From positions 288,001 through 352,000 of the forward strand of contig CBDETK010000013.1 of assembly GCA_965242865.1 (NCBI GenBank): a stretch of 64,000 nucleotides of DNA, given 5' to 3'. Under the pieces are notes generated by a model. The model was not told the origin of the DNA and did not search any database. It saw nothing but the letters and a program-made list of their open reading frames with translations. The stretch is from Candidatus Latescibacterota bacterium. Its GTDB lineage: Bacteria; Latescibacterota; UBA2968; UBA8231. Below are positions 8,773 to 17,342 of this stretch, in pieces; position 1 is the stretch's first letter; the number at the start of each line of letters is the position of its first letter. The translations under genes were made by a program, and so were the position numbers.

Positions 8773-9524
8773 CAGCTAATCCCCTCCCAATGCGCCCACT
8801 GGTCGTCGCACGTCTCAAAGCGAATATCGTTGGCGTCTTGGCGCGCAAAGCGGCCGATGAGTGCCATGCGGATATTGCGCTTGACGTTCTTGGAGCCGGT
8901 GTGAAAGAGCTGGCCGTGCCAGAAGATGGCATCGCCGGCTTGGCCGACGAATTCGCGCCCTGGGGGGAAGGTCCCTTCGGGAAATACGTCGCTGGAAATG
9001 CCGCCCTGCACCGACAGCAGCGAGCGCGTCTGGAAGTAATCGTAGGCCACGTTGTGGCTACCGGGCCAATAGATGAAGCAGCCGCCCTGCGAGTCAATGT
9101 CCTCGACGTAGATCGTGACGTTGATGGTCATGTAGCCGACCGTGCCTTCGGGTACGCCGTTGGTAGGGGTGTAGTAGCCGTCGAGATGGCCGCGCTCGGG
9201 CAGGGACCAAGCCTTGTCTTTGGCTGGGTAAACCAGCGCCGGCCCGGCGTTGCTGGGATTGAGCGTTCCCTCGCCGACCATTTCCTCCATCATCGCGAAG
9301 ATCGGCGACTCGTGAACTGCGGCGCGGAGGGCCGGGTGATGGGCGGGCACCGGAGTGCGCGGCCCGGCTTCGACCCAAGTGGCCGGATCGTCGCGGTCGG
9401 CCTCAATGCCAGTCCAAAGGGCGGCTTGAGCGGCTTGAATTTGCGCGGGCGTGAGGGCACCGCGGACGATGAGACAGCCATTTTCCTTAAAGGAACGCCG
9501 GTCTGCGGAAGTGAGATGAGGCAT
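8772..9524 (-). CDS. Phytanoyl-CoA dioxygenase family (2OG-Fe(II)) protein
   Basis: FKENGCLIV, GHLDGY (HxD), WPGSH, GDAIFWHGQLFHTGSKN; start MPHL at 9524. Confidence 0.8.
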   Translation of the reverse strand: MPHLTSADRRSFKENGCLIVRGALTPAQIQAAQAALWTGIEADRDDPATWVEAGPRTPVPAHHPALRAAVHESPIFAMMEEMVGEGTLNPSNAGPALVYPAKDKAWSLPERGHLDGYYTPTNGVPEGTVGYMTINVTIYVEDIDSQGGCFIYWPGSHNVAYDYFQTRSLLSVQGGISSDVFPEGTFPPGREFVGQAGDAIFWHGQLFHTGSKNVKRNIRMALIGRFARQDANDIRFETCDDQWAHWEGIS

Positions 9525-9635
9525 GATAGCACCTTTCCAATTCGGTTGCAGCAGCAAATATAGAGCGGCCGACAATGCCGTTCAGCCGGTCAATCAGGCG
9601 CACGTACCTAACGACGATCCGCGGCAAGGCGGCAC

Positions 9636-10679
9636 TCAGGTGTAGCGATAGGGCCGACCGGCCTTGGCCATCGTCGCGTTGTACTGCTTGAGTATGTCGA
9701 TGACCCGGGCCGCCCTCGGGCTGGTCTGGGCGATCTCGTCCCAAAACTTGAGTGCTTCGTCTTCCACTTGCTTCCATTCCGCGTCGGGAATGGACGTGAG
9801 TTCGAGCTTCGTGCCCTGGGTCCGCAAGCGCGCCTCGCCGCCCCAGTACCAGTGCTGGCGGTAATAGTGCGAACTGTCCATGCAGACGCGGAACAGTTCC
9901 TGCAAGCGCTCGGGCAGCGCGTTCCACGAATCCCTGTTGGCAAAGAACGAGCCACACCACGCGCCAGAGATGTTGTTGGTCAGAAAGTAGTTGGTTACGT
10001 CCGCCCAGCCGACCGTGTAGTCCTCGGTGATGCCCGACCAAGCGATGCCGTCCAACTCGCCGGTCTGCACCGCGACCTCAATGTCCTCGTACGGCAGGGT
10101 AACGGGCACCACGCCGAACCGGGATAGGAACCGGCCAGCGGTCGGAAAGGTGGAAATGCGCTTGCCCTTGAGATCGTCTAGGCTGCGGATGGGTTCAACC
10201 GTGTTGAAATGGCAAGGATCCCACGCCCCCGCGCTCAGCCAAGTTACGCCGTCGATTTCGCTGTAGGCTTCTTGCCAAATTTCCCTTAGGCCGTACTGGT
10301 TGAACAGCACCGGCACGTCGAGACTGTAGCGCGTGGCAAAGGGAAAGTACCCGCCAAACACCGAAATGTCGGCGGGCGACGCCATGGAGTCGTCGTCGCT
10401 TTGCACCGCGTCGATCGTGCCCTGCTGCAATGCGCGGAACAATTCGGGCGTCGGCACGAGCTGGTCTGCGGTGTATAGATCAATGGTCATTTCGCCGTTG
10501 GCAATGTTGTTGAACGAATCGACCGCGGGCTTTACCACGTGCTCGGCCAATGGGCCACCGGCATACGTTTGTAGGCGCCACCGAATGGGGGCCTTGGTTT
10601 GCGCGATCACCGCGGGTGCGTTGACCGCAGCGGCCACGCTGGCCACGCCGGCTGTTTTCAGAAAATCGCGTTTGTTCAT
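9636..10679 (-). CDS. TRAP transporter substrate-binding protein (DctP family) with a Tat-like signal
   Basis: MNKRDFLKTAG signal, WRLQTYAG, SLDDLKGKRI, VQTGELDG. Confidence 0.88.
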   Translation of the reverse strand: MNKRDFLKTAGVASVAAAVNAPAVIAQTKAPIRWRLQTYAGGPLAEHVVKPAVDSFNNIANGEMTIDLYTADQLVPTPELFRALQQGTIDAVQSDDDSMASPADISVFGGYFPFATRYSLDVPVLFNQYGLREIWQEAYSEIDGVTWLSAGAWDPCHFNTVEPIRSLDDLKGKRISTFPTAGRFLSRFGVVPVTLPYEDIEVAVQTGELDGIAWSGITEDYTVGWADVTNYFLTNNISGAWCGSFFANRDSWNALPERLQELFRVCMDSSHYYRQHWYWGGEARLRTQGTKLELTSIPDAEWKQVEDEALKFWDEIAQTSPRAARVIDILKQYNATMAKAGRPYRYT

Positions 10680-10709
10680 CGTGGGATCGTTTCGTCTGTT
10701 GGGGACGCC

Positions 10710-11564
10710 TCAGAGGGCGATCGCTTGGTCTAAGGCGCGGATGTAGCCCACAGTCCAAGCGAGCCCGGCGGCGTGGTCGCCGGCGATGGCCGGGAAGTGC
10801 TCGGGGTAAATCTGCCCTTGGTAGTCGATCTCTTTGAGGGCGCGGATGGTGCCGAGCATATCGACTTCCCCCTTGCCGAAAGGCACTTCGAGGTAGCCTA
10901 AGTCCGCCAGCCGCTGCTCGATTTCCGGGGTACTCGGCCCTTGGGGTTGGGTGGCGATGTCGCGCACGTGGACCATAAAGACCTTGTCGCCGAAGTGGCG
11001 GATGGTGTCGGGCAGGCTGTCGCCGGCCATTTGCGACTTGCCTTGGCAGAAGGTCAGGCCGTGGGCCGGCGAGTCCGTTGCGGCCATTAGATTCGCAAAG
11101 GACTCTCGGTTCCAGATCAGGCGGTCGGACACGTGAAACGTGTGGGTAGAAATCCGCACCCCGGCGTCTTGGCCGATTTGGCCGAGCTCTTGGAAAATCT
11201 CCACCAAGCCCTGCCAGTGGGTCTGCCGCTGGTTTGGGTCGGTGGGAGCCGCGTCCGCGCTGAGGTAGAAATGCACGAAAGGGATCTGCGCATCGCCCAT
11301 GGTTTCGATTAGGCGCCGCATGTACCCTACTTCGCGCGTGCGGGCCGCGCGGTCAACGCAGGCGTCGAGGCTGAGGCGAGGCGGGGTCAGCCCGGCCAGC
11401 ACAACGTCGGCCGCGGCGTATTGGTCGGCCAGTGCCTTGAGCGAGTCGTCTGAAGAGATTTGGCCGGTGTTCAAGACGATGTGGGTCGCGCCGGCGTCGC
11501 GGCAAAAGGCGATGTTGCGCTCGTGATCGGCCCCAAACGGGGCGAAGATGCCGATGTCGAACAT
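10710..11564 (-). CDS. Mannonate-dehydratase-like TIM-barrel protein
   Basis: GLTFCQG, IRHFGDKVFMVHVRD, EVPFGKGEVDM, YPEHFP, AWTVGYIRAL; start MFDIG at 11564 with a GAGGAGG RBS. Confidence 0.7.
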   Translation of the reverse strand: MFDIGIFAPFGADHERNIAFCRDAGATHIVLNTGQISSDDSLKALADQYAAADVVLAGLTPPRLSLDACVDRAARTREVGYMRRLIETMGDAQIPFVHFYLSADAAPTDPNQRQTHWQGLVEIFQELGQIGQDAGVRISTHTFHVSDRLIWNRESFANLMAATDSPAHGLTFCQGKSQMAGDSLPDTIRHFGDKVFMVHVRDIATQPQGPSTPEIEQRLADLGYLEVPFGKGEVDMLGTIRALKEIDYQGQIYPEHFPAIAGDHAAGLAWTVGYIRALDQAIAL

Positions 11565-11590
11565 GGGTTCCTCCTCAGCGTACATAAAAA

Positions 11591-11665
11591 TGGTGCTCCC
11601 ACGGAGACTCGAACTCCGGCTACAGGGTTGAAAACCCTGGGTCCTAACCGCTAGACGATGGGAGC
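11591..11665 (-). tRNA. tRNA-Glu(TTC)
   Basis: Minus strand GCTCCCATCGTCTAGCGGTTAGGACCCAGGGTTTTCAACCCTGTAGCCGGAGTTCGAGTCTCCGTGGGAGCACCA: cloverleaf, TTC anticodon, TTCGA T-loop, encoded CCA. Confidence 0.96.
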
Positions 11666-11715
11666 ACGTAAGGCAAAAAAATATAGACCTAGCCCCGCCT
11701 ATTGGCAACCCATCC

Positions 11716-13110
11716 CTAAGCGAAGGCGTCGAGCGCGGGAGCGCGGCGATGGTAGTCGGTGGCTTGCTCAAACGCATGGGCGAGGCGCAGCAGCCGCGCC
11801 TCGTCGCGGGGGTGGCCAATGAGCTGCAAACCGATGGGCAAGCCAGCGCACGTAAACCCGCAGGGCAGGGAGACGGCGCACAGGCCGAGGAGATTGACGG
11901 CGATGGTGTTGCGTAGGCAGAGGCCATTGATGGAAAAATAGACGTCGTCGCGGTCCACCGCGTCGAGCGCGGGAGCGGCAAAGGGCGTGGTGGGGGTGAC
12001 GAGGAAATCGACGTTTTCGAGGGCCAGCTGGGCTTTGCAGCGCAGCTCGTCGCGCACTCTGAGCTGTGCGAGGAAGTCCGCCGCGAGGACTTCGCGGCCG
12101 TCGAGGATGCGCGCCGCGACAATGGGGTCAAACTGATCCAAGTGCGCTTCTAAGTTGCGCCGGTGGTAGAGATAGGCTTCAACGGCCGTGGTGCTAGGCC
12201 CGTTGCGCCATTGGGCTAGACCGTCGAGCACCTCGAGCGACATTTCATCGACATCGACGCCGAGGTCGGCGAAAACACGCGCCGAGGCGCGCACGGCCGC
12301 TTCGACCTCCGCATCGACGCCGTCCCAGAAATACTCGCGCGGGAAGCAGAGCCGGAGGCCGGCGACCGCGCCTTCCAAGGGATCCGCCATGCAAAGGGCA
12401 GGGTCCGCCATGGCTTGGAACAACAGGGCGCAATCGCGCGCCGTGCGGCACAAAGGCCCGACGCTGTCGAGGGTGGGGTCGAGGGGCAAGACGCCGGTGT
12501 TGGGGAGCAGGCCAAAGGTGGGCTTGAGCCCGGTAAGGCCGCAAAAGGACGAGGGAATCCGCACCGAGCCGCCGGTATCCGAGCCGAGGGCCGCCGGGGC
12601 CAATCCAGCCGCCACGGCCACGCCCGAGCCCGAAGATGACCCGCCCGGCAGGCGGTGAACTTTGGCATCCCAAGGGTTGACCGGAGTCCCGTAGTGGTGG
12701 TTGACGCCGGTGCCGCCAAACGCGAATTCCACGAGTTGGGTCTTGCCCAAGAGCACGACGCCCGCGGCAAAGAGCCGGCGGGCCACTGTGGCGTCGGCGT
12801 CGGCGATGCGGCCGCGCAGCAGGGTCGAGCCGCCGGTGGTGGGCAGCCCCGCGACATCTACGAGGTCCTTAACGGCGAGGGGAATGCCGTGCAGGGGACC
12901 GAGGTAGGTGCCGGCCGCGATTTGCGCTTCGGCGGCGCGGGCTTGGGCGCGGGCGCGCTCGGCTGTGACCGCGAGATAGGCGTTGAGCATTGGATCGTAT
13001 TGCTCAATGCGCGCCAGATAGACTTCGGTGAGTTCGAGCGGGGAGAGTTCGCCGCGGCGGATCAGGGGAGCGAGTTCGGCGATGGGCGCGAACGCTAAGG
13101 CATGGTCCAT
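11716..13110 (-). CDS. Amidase signature family protein (GatA-like)
   Basis: GPLHGIPLAVKD, PGGSSSGSG, GSDTGGSVRIPSSFCGLTGLKPT, GLPIGLQLIG; start MDHAL at 13110. Confidence 0.92.
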   Translation of the reverse strand: MDHALAFAPIAELAPLIRRGELSPLELTEVYLARIEQYDPMLNAYLAVTAERARAQARAAEAQIAAGTYLGPLHGIPLAVKDLVDVAGLPTTGGSTLLRGRIADADATVARRLFAAGVVLLGKTQLVEFAFGGTGVNHHYGTPVNPWDAKVHRLPGGSSSGSGVAVAAGLAPAALGSDTGGSVRIPSSFCGLTGLKPTFGLLPNTGVLPLDPTLDSVGPLCRTARDCALLFQAMADPALCMADPLEGAVAGLRLCFPREYFWDGVDAEVEAAVRASARVFADLGVDVDEMSLEVLDGLAQWRNGPSTTAVEAYLYHRRNLEAHLDQFDPIVAARILDGREVLAADFLAQLRVRDELRCKAQLALENVDFLVTPTTPFAAPALDAVDRDDVYFSINGLCLRNTIAVNLLGLCAVSLPCGFTCAGLPIGLQLIGHPRDEARLLRLAHAFEQATDYHRRAPALDAFA

Positions 13111-13115
13111 GACGG

Positions 13116-14921
13116 TCAATCCAACAGGGAAAATCCAGTGTAGCCGAGGCGGTCTTCCGCGCCTTCTACCCCGCCTTGGGGAAAGTATTCCCCCCAGCGT
13201 CGGCTGACCTTTTGCGCGGTGGCTTCGTCCGTTATCAGCTCGTCCGGGTATCCGGGCTTCATGCGGCAATCCAAGACGATCGGTGGCGTATAGCAGGGGT
13301 GGTGGCGACGAAGTTGGACGGCGGCTGGATGGGTGTCGGCAGCCGGTTCAAAGCGGGTAAAGGTACTCCAGAGAAAGGTGACGTTCTTGGCCGCGGCACG
13401 GGCGTCTTCTACTAAAAATATCAGCGGCCACGCGGCCACAGCCCGGTCTTGGGCGAGGTGTCGGGCGTAGCCGGGGTCTTCCTCGTACGTGGGGCCTTGT
13501 ACCGCGAGGGCGCCAGGGCAATAGACTGCCACAGCGCGGGCGCCGCCGGGCCGGGCGTCGTTGAATTCCCGGGGCAATTCGCCGACCGGGTCGCCTACGC
13601 CGATGAGGATTCCTTTGCTGCCTTGGTTCACGGCTGGTCCCGTGTAGTCAAGGGTATCCATGGCCAGATTGGCGAGGACGAAAAGGTCGGTTTCGAGCCG
13701 CGCCCGCGCCAAGGCATACGCGAGCACTTGCCGGAAGTCGCCCAAGTCCAAGGGGCGGTCGATGACGACCAAAAACTTGGTGAGGTTGAGCTGGCCGCCG
13801 TCCTCGCCCAAGATGCGAAAGGCGAATTTCATGGCCTCGCGCGGGTAGCGCTCCTCAACGACGATGGCCGCCAGCGAGTGATAGCCGGTCTCGCCGTAGC
13901 TCCATATCGCCTTGATCGCGGGCATTACCAGCTTGCTCAAGGGCGTCATTAGCTGCTGGATGTACGTGCCGAGGAACAGGTCTTCCTGTGGCGGCTTGCC
14001 TACTACGGTGGCCGGGAAGATGGCGTCTTTGCGGTGGTAGAGGCGCTTGGCGTGGAGCACTGGATAGTCGTGTTGCAGCGAGTAATAGCCGTAGTGATCG
14101 CCGAAAGGCCCTTCGGGCTGGCGCACGTGCGGCGGCACCACGCCCTCGATGGCAAACTCGGCTTCGGCAATGAGGGGCAGGCTCGGGCTGGGCACGCGGC
14201 GCAGGCGCTCGCCCTGCAACAGGGAGGCCAACACCAGCTCGGGCAAATCCTCGGGCAGCGGCGCGATTGCCGCTAGAATCAGGGCCGGCGGCCCCCCGAC
14301 AAAGACGACCAGCGGCAGCTCTTGGCCGCGCTGCTCGGCGACGTGGTAATGGAAGCCGCCGCCCTTTTGGATTTGCCAGTGGACGCCGAGGGTCTGGGCA
14401 TCGTGGCGTTGGATGCGGTACATGCCGAGGTTGTGATGGCCGGTATCCGGGTGTTGGGTATAGACCAGCGGCAGGGTAATGAAGTGTCCGCCGTCTTCGG
14501 GCCAAGTTTTGAGCAGGGGGACGCGCGTAAGATCGGGCGGCGACTGTACGCATTCGCCGATGGGGCCTTGGCCAACGGTTTTCAGCCCGACCTTCAGCGC
14601 GGCGGGAATCAGGTTTTTGTGCGGCCAGAGCTTGCCCAGCGAGAGCGACGGCAGGTCTTGAGCCAACTGCACGAGCTGCGCGATAAACTGCTCCGGCCTC
14701 GGGCCAAAGGCCAAATCGACGCGCCGGGCCGTGCCAAAGAGGTTGGTGACGCAGGGAAAGTCCGCGCCTTCGACGTGGGTAAAGAGCAGGGCCGGGCCGG
14801 CCGCGGCCAAGACGCGGCGATGGATCTCGGCGATTTCGAGCTCCGAGGAAACCGGGGCATCCACGGTGACGAGCTCGCCTTCGCGGCGCAGGAGATCGAG
14901 GAATTGGCGCAGGTTGTGCAT
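13116..14921 (-). CDS. UbiD-family decarboxylase (menaquinone/futalosine-pathway type)
   Basis: WPEDGGHFITLP, NLGMYRIQ, EGPFGDHYGYYS, VVGKPPQED, DTLDYTG. Confidence 0.9.
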   Translation of the reverse strand: MHNLRQFLDLLRREGELVTVDAPVSSELEIAEIHRRVLAAAGPALLFTHVEGADFPCVTNLFGTARRVDLAFGPRPEQFIAQLVQLAQDLPSLSLGKLWPHKNLIPAALKVGLKTVGQGPIGECVQSPPDLTRVPLLKTWPEDGGHFITLPLVYTQHPDTGHHNLGMYRIQRHDAQTLGVHWQIQKGGGFHYHVAEQRGQELPLVVFVGGPPALILAAIAPLPEDLPELVLASLLQGERLRRVPSPSLPLIAEAEFAIEGVVPPHVRQPEGPFGDHYGYYSLQHDYPVLHAKRLYHRKDAIFPATVVGKPPQEDLFLGTYIQQLMTPLSKLVMPAIKAIWSYGETGYHSLAAIVVEERYPREAMKFAFRILGEDGGQLNLTKFLVVIDRPLDLGDFRQVLAYALARARLETDLFVLANLAMDTLDYTGPAVNQGSKGILIGVGDPVGELPREFNDARPGGARAVAVYCPGALAVQGPTYEEDPGYARHLAQDRAVAAWPLIFLVEDARAAAKNVTFLWSTFTRFEPAADTHPAAVQLRRHHPCYTPPIVLDCRMKPGYPDELITDEATAQKVSRRWGEYFPQGGVEGAEDRLGYTGFSLLD

Positions 14922-15167
14922 GGGCGGCTCGTGGTGGGGGTGGAAGGTCAGGTTGGTCTTGAATATATAGAAAGACCGGTCCGTTACAATGGATCGGTCC
15001 AGCTTATAGGGAAGTTCGTGGGGCCGGGCTGGTTGAAGGCTGGGCTAGTTGTCTATATATTGAAAAAATTGCGAAACGGGCACTTTGGTCCTTTGGTCCT
15101 ACTGGATCACGAGGACGAGGCGTTGGAGCGCAAGGCGGTCCGGTCTCGGGTATTGGGGCTCAAAGAG

Positions 15168-17342
15168 ATGAGATTGAACAGGAAAATAACTGCACAATTA
15201 TTGAACAGGAAAATAACTGTACAATTCTGGAGGGCTAAAGGACTTAGCGTTCGTGCATCTAATTGTCTGGCAATGGCAAATATTACAGACGAACAAGAAC
15301 TAATCGAGAAAGTTACAACTCTTGATTACCTACTTGCTCTCAGAAATTGTGGCAAACAAACAGCCGAAGAGGTTTGGACATTCCTCACGCACTTAAAACC
15401 TATCTCCAACCACCATCAAAGAGTAGAAACTACATCGTCCAATTCGGGCGATGATCGTTCTACTGAAGCACAATCAGTTTTTGTTCCACTTTTGGACATA
15501 GAGGTATCCATACATATATGGGAAGTCCTCCAAAATACTCCAGTCGATAGTATCCGATGGAGCGTTCGGACACGAAACGTAATCGGCCGTCAGAAGTTAC
15601 AGGAACTAGCTGAGATTGCCGAACTTTCCCCTGGAGAGTGGCTCGATTTTAGAAATTTCGGAGATACCTCTTTGACAGAAATCCAAGGACGCATGGCAGA
15701 AATAATTGAGCAACTTAGGGCTAACCCCAGTGGTATTGAGCCGAGCGACGAGCATTCTGTCGAGACGCAATCTGTCTTTATACCCATTCTAAACACAGAA
15801 ATATCTGCCCACACATGGGAAGCAATTCAAAACATGTCTATTCATCAATTCAACTGGAGTGTTCGGACACAAAATGTTCTCCGTCGGCAGGGCTTCAAAA
15901 CGATTGCCGAGATTGCCGAATTTTCCCCTAGAGAGTGGCTCAATTTTAGAAATTTTGGACGCAAATCTCTGACTGAGATTCAGGAAACAGTTAATAAGAT
16001 CGTTGCGAATACTGACCTGACGTGCCTTGATTCGATGAATGAGCATTCTGCTGAGGAGCTATCTGAAAACTCTGGTGGTCGTCCCTTGTGTCCAAACGAT
16101 CCCGGCTGGATTCCCGCTTTCGCGGAAATGACGACGAGCGGCTCTACGGCTTGCCCAACACGCCCCAAGGTGGGTTTTCAGACAGACTCTGAAGTATCGC
16201 AGATTCAAACACTCGCCAATCTTGGCGACGTAGTTTTTCAATCCCTTCAAACTCGCCAACAGAAGATTATTGCGTCCTATTACGGTTACAAGGAAGTACC
16301 TAAAAAATTACATCAAATTGGTGAAATGCTCGGAGTTACCCGTGAGCGAGTCAGGCAGATTAAGGTAAGGGTCAACAAGAAAATCAATCAAGGCGCGGAC
16401 AACCATCTAATCAAAACCACAATCTTCTATCTATTGAGCCAGTCCATCTACGATGTTCTCGCGAAGGCTGGTGGCTGGTGTTCTGTCAAAGACCTCCGGG
16501 AAAGTATTCATCAGCGGCTGGGGTGGGAAGATAGCGATCAGTGGATTATCGCTTGGTTTGACGAAGCATTCGGCGAGGCGTGGGTATGCTTAGGGACAGA
16601 CGATTACAAAATTATTGATGGCACCTGTTGTCTTAGAGCAGAAGAACGCATTCAAGATGTTTTTACAAAATTTGTGGCGAGACTTCAACGTTATGGCTAT
16701 CGGCCTTTAGCATTGGAAGAATGCCAATACCTCATTCAAAAAAAAGACGAAACTGCTTTCGATCCAGATTATTTGCTTAATAAAATTGTAAGCCATCCCG
16801 CTTTGAAAGTTCATCAGTATAGAAAAACACTCATAGGGCTAAAGGAGTGGACCTGGTTCAGTCCTGAAAAACCAACGACTGCCGCAGGACTAGTCTCACT
16901 CATCGAATGGTTCCTCCGAATGACCAATGAACCTACCACGGCAAAAGCAATCGCCAATGGGATAGGAAGCGAACTCGGCAATTTTAGGTTGACGTCTTTT
17001 GATGTTGCCGACATCTGCGAAAAACAGCCTTATCTTTTTTTTGTTAATGACAATGGGACCTATGGCTTAAACCTTTGGGAGAGAGCCTCAAAATACCGGC
17101 AAGCCCTCACACGGTTACTGTCAGATGAACCGTTACCTATTGAGCGGATTGCCGAGCTATTGTCCCCCCAAGACCCAGAGGAGACTAGGCTTATTGTCGC
17201 AGCATTGAACTTTTATACAGATTCGTTTGTGGAAGCGGTGCCTTTTGAGTGGGCATTAAAGTTGCAGGTGGACAAAATTGAGGCGAAAACAGATTTTGAC
17301 TATACTAATCTCACTTTTGAAGACTTAATGCCTAAATTATGA
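15168..17342 (+). CDS. Protein with three RNA polymerase alpha-CTD-like repeats, a sigma70 region-4-like HTH and C-terminal HTH-like regions; first gene of the island
   Basis: LSVRASNCL..LRNCGKQT, WSVRTRNV..FRNFGDTSLTEI, WSVRTQNV..FRNFGRKSLTEI, then KLHQIGEMLGVTRERVRQI; start uncertain (ATG 15168 or nearby TTG). Confidence 0.8.
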   Translation: MRLNRKITAQLLNRKITVQFWRAKGLSVRASNCLAMANITDEQELIEKVTTLDYLLALRNCGKQTAEEVWTFLTHLKPISNHHQRVETTSSNSGDDRSTEAQSVFVPLLDIEVSIHIWEVLQNTPVDSIRWSVRTRNVIGRQKLQELAEIAELSPGEWLDFRNFGDTSLTEIQGRMAEIIEQLRANPSGIEPSDEHSVETQSVFIPILNTEISAHTWEAIQNMSIHQFNWSVRTQNVLRRQGFKTIAEIAEFSPREWLNFRNFGRKSLTEIQETVNKIVANTDLTCLDSMNEHSAEELSENSGGRPLCPNDPGWIPAFAEMTTSGSTACPTRPKVGFQTDSEVSQIQTLANLGDVVFQSLQTRQQKIIASYYGYKEVPKKLHQIGEMLGVTRERVRQIKVRVNKKINQGADNHLIKTTIFYLLSQSIYDVLAKAGGWCSVKDLRESIHQRLGWEDSDQWIIAWFDEAFGEAWVCLGTDDYKIIDGTCCLRAEERIQDVFTKFVARLQRYGYRPLALEECQYLIQKKDETAFDPDYLLNKIVSHPALKVHQYRKTLIGLKEWTWFSPEKPTTAAGLVSLIEWFLRMTNEPTTAKAIANGIGSELGNFRLTSFDVADICEKQPYLFFVNDNGTYGLNLWERASKYRQALTRLLSDEPLPIERIAELLSPQDPEETRLIVAALNFYTDSFVEAVPFEWALKLQVDKIEAKTDFDYTNLTFEDLMPKL
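15173..15226 (+). repeat. 27-bp tandem duplication at the 5' end of the island
   Basis: ATTGAACAGGAAAATAACTGCACAATT followed by ATTGAACAGGAAAATAACTGTACAATT (1 mismatch). Confidence 0.9.
16055..16189. mobile_element. 135-bp MITE-like element inserted in frame, with a 3-bp TGA target-site duplication
   Basis: Imperfect TIRs GGAGCTATCTGAAAAC / GTTTTCAGACAGACTC, TGA on both flanks (16052-54, 16190-92), internal GGATTCCCGCTTTCGCGGAAATGACG palindrome; 138 bp equals 46 codons. Confidence 0.75.

Noticed and set aside
11591-11665. tRNA-Glu as an island integration site
   Set aside because: No integrase nearby, no duplicated tRNA 3' end seen in the window, and the flanking genes look like backbone
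11565-12131. N-terminal extension of the 473-aa ORF
   Set aside because: It runs through tRNA-Glu and the amidase gene; a good RBS and ATG exist at 11564
14322-15167. N-terminal extension of the 1006-aa ORF
   Set aside because: It is mostly antisense to the ubiD-family gene and is a GC-rich shadow frame; recognisable domains begin only after about 15168
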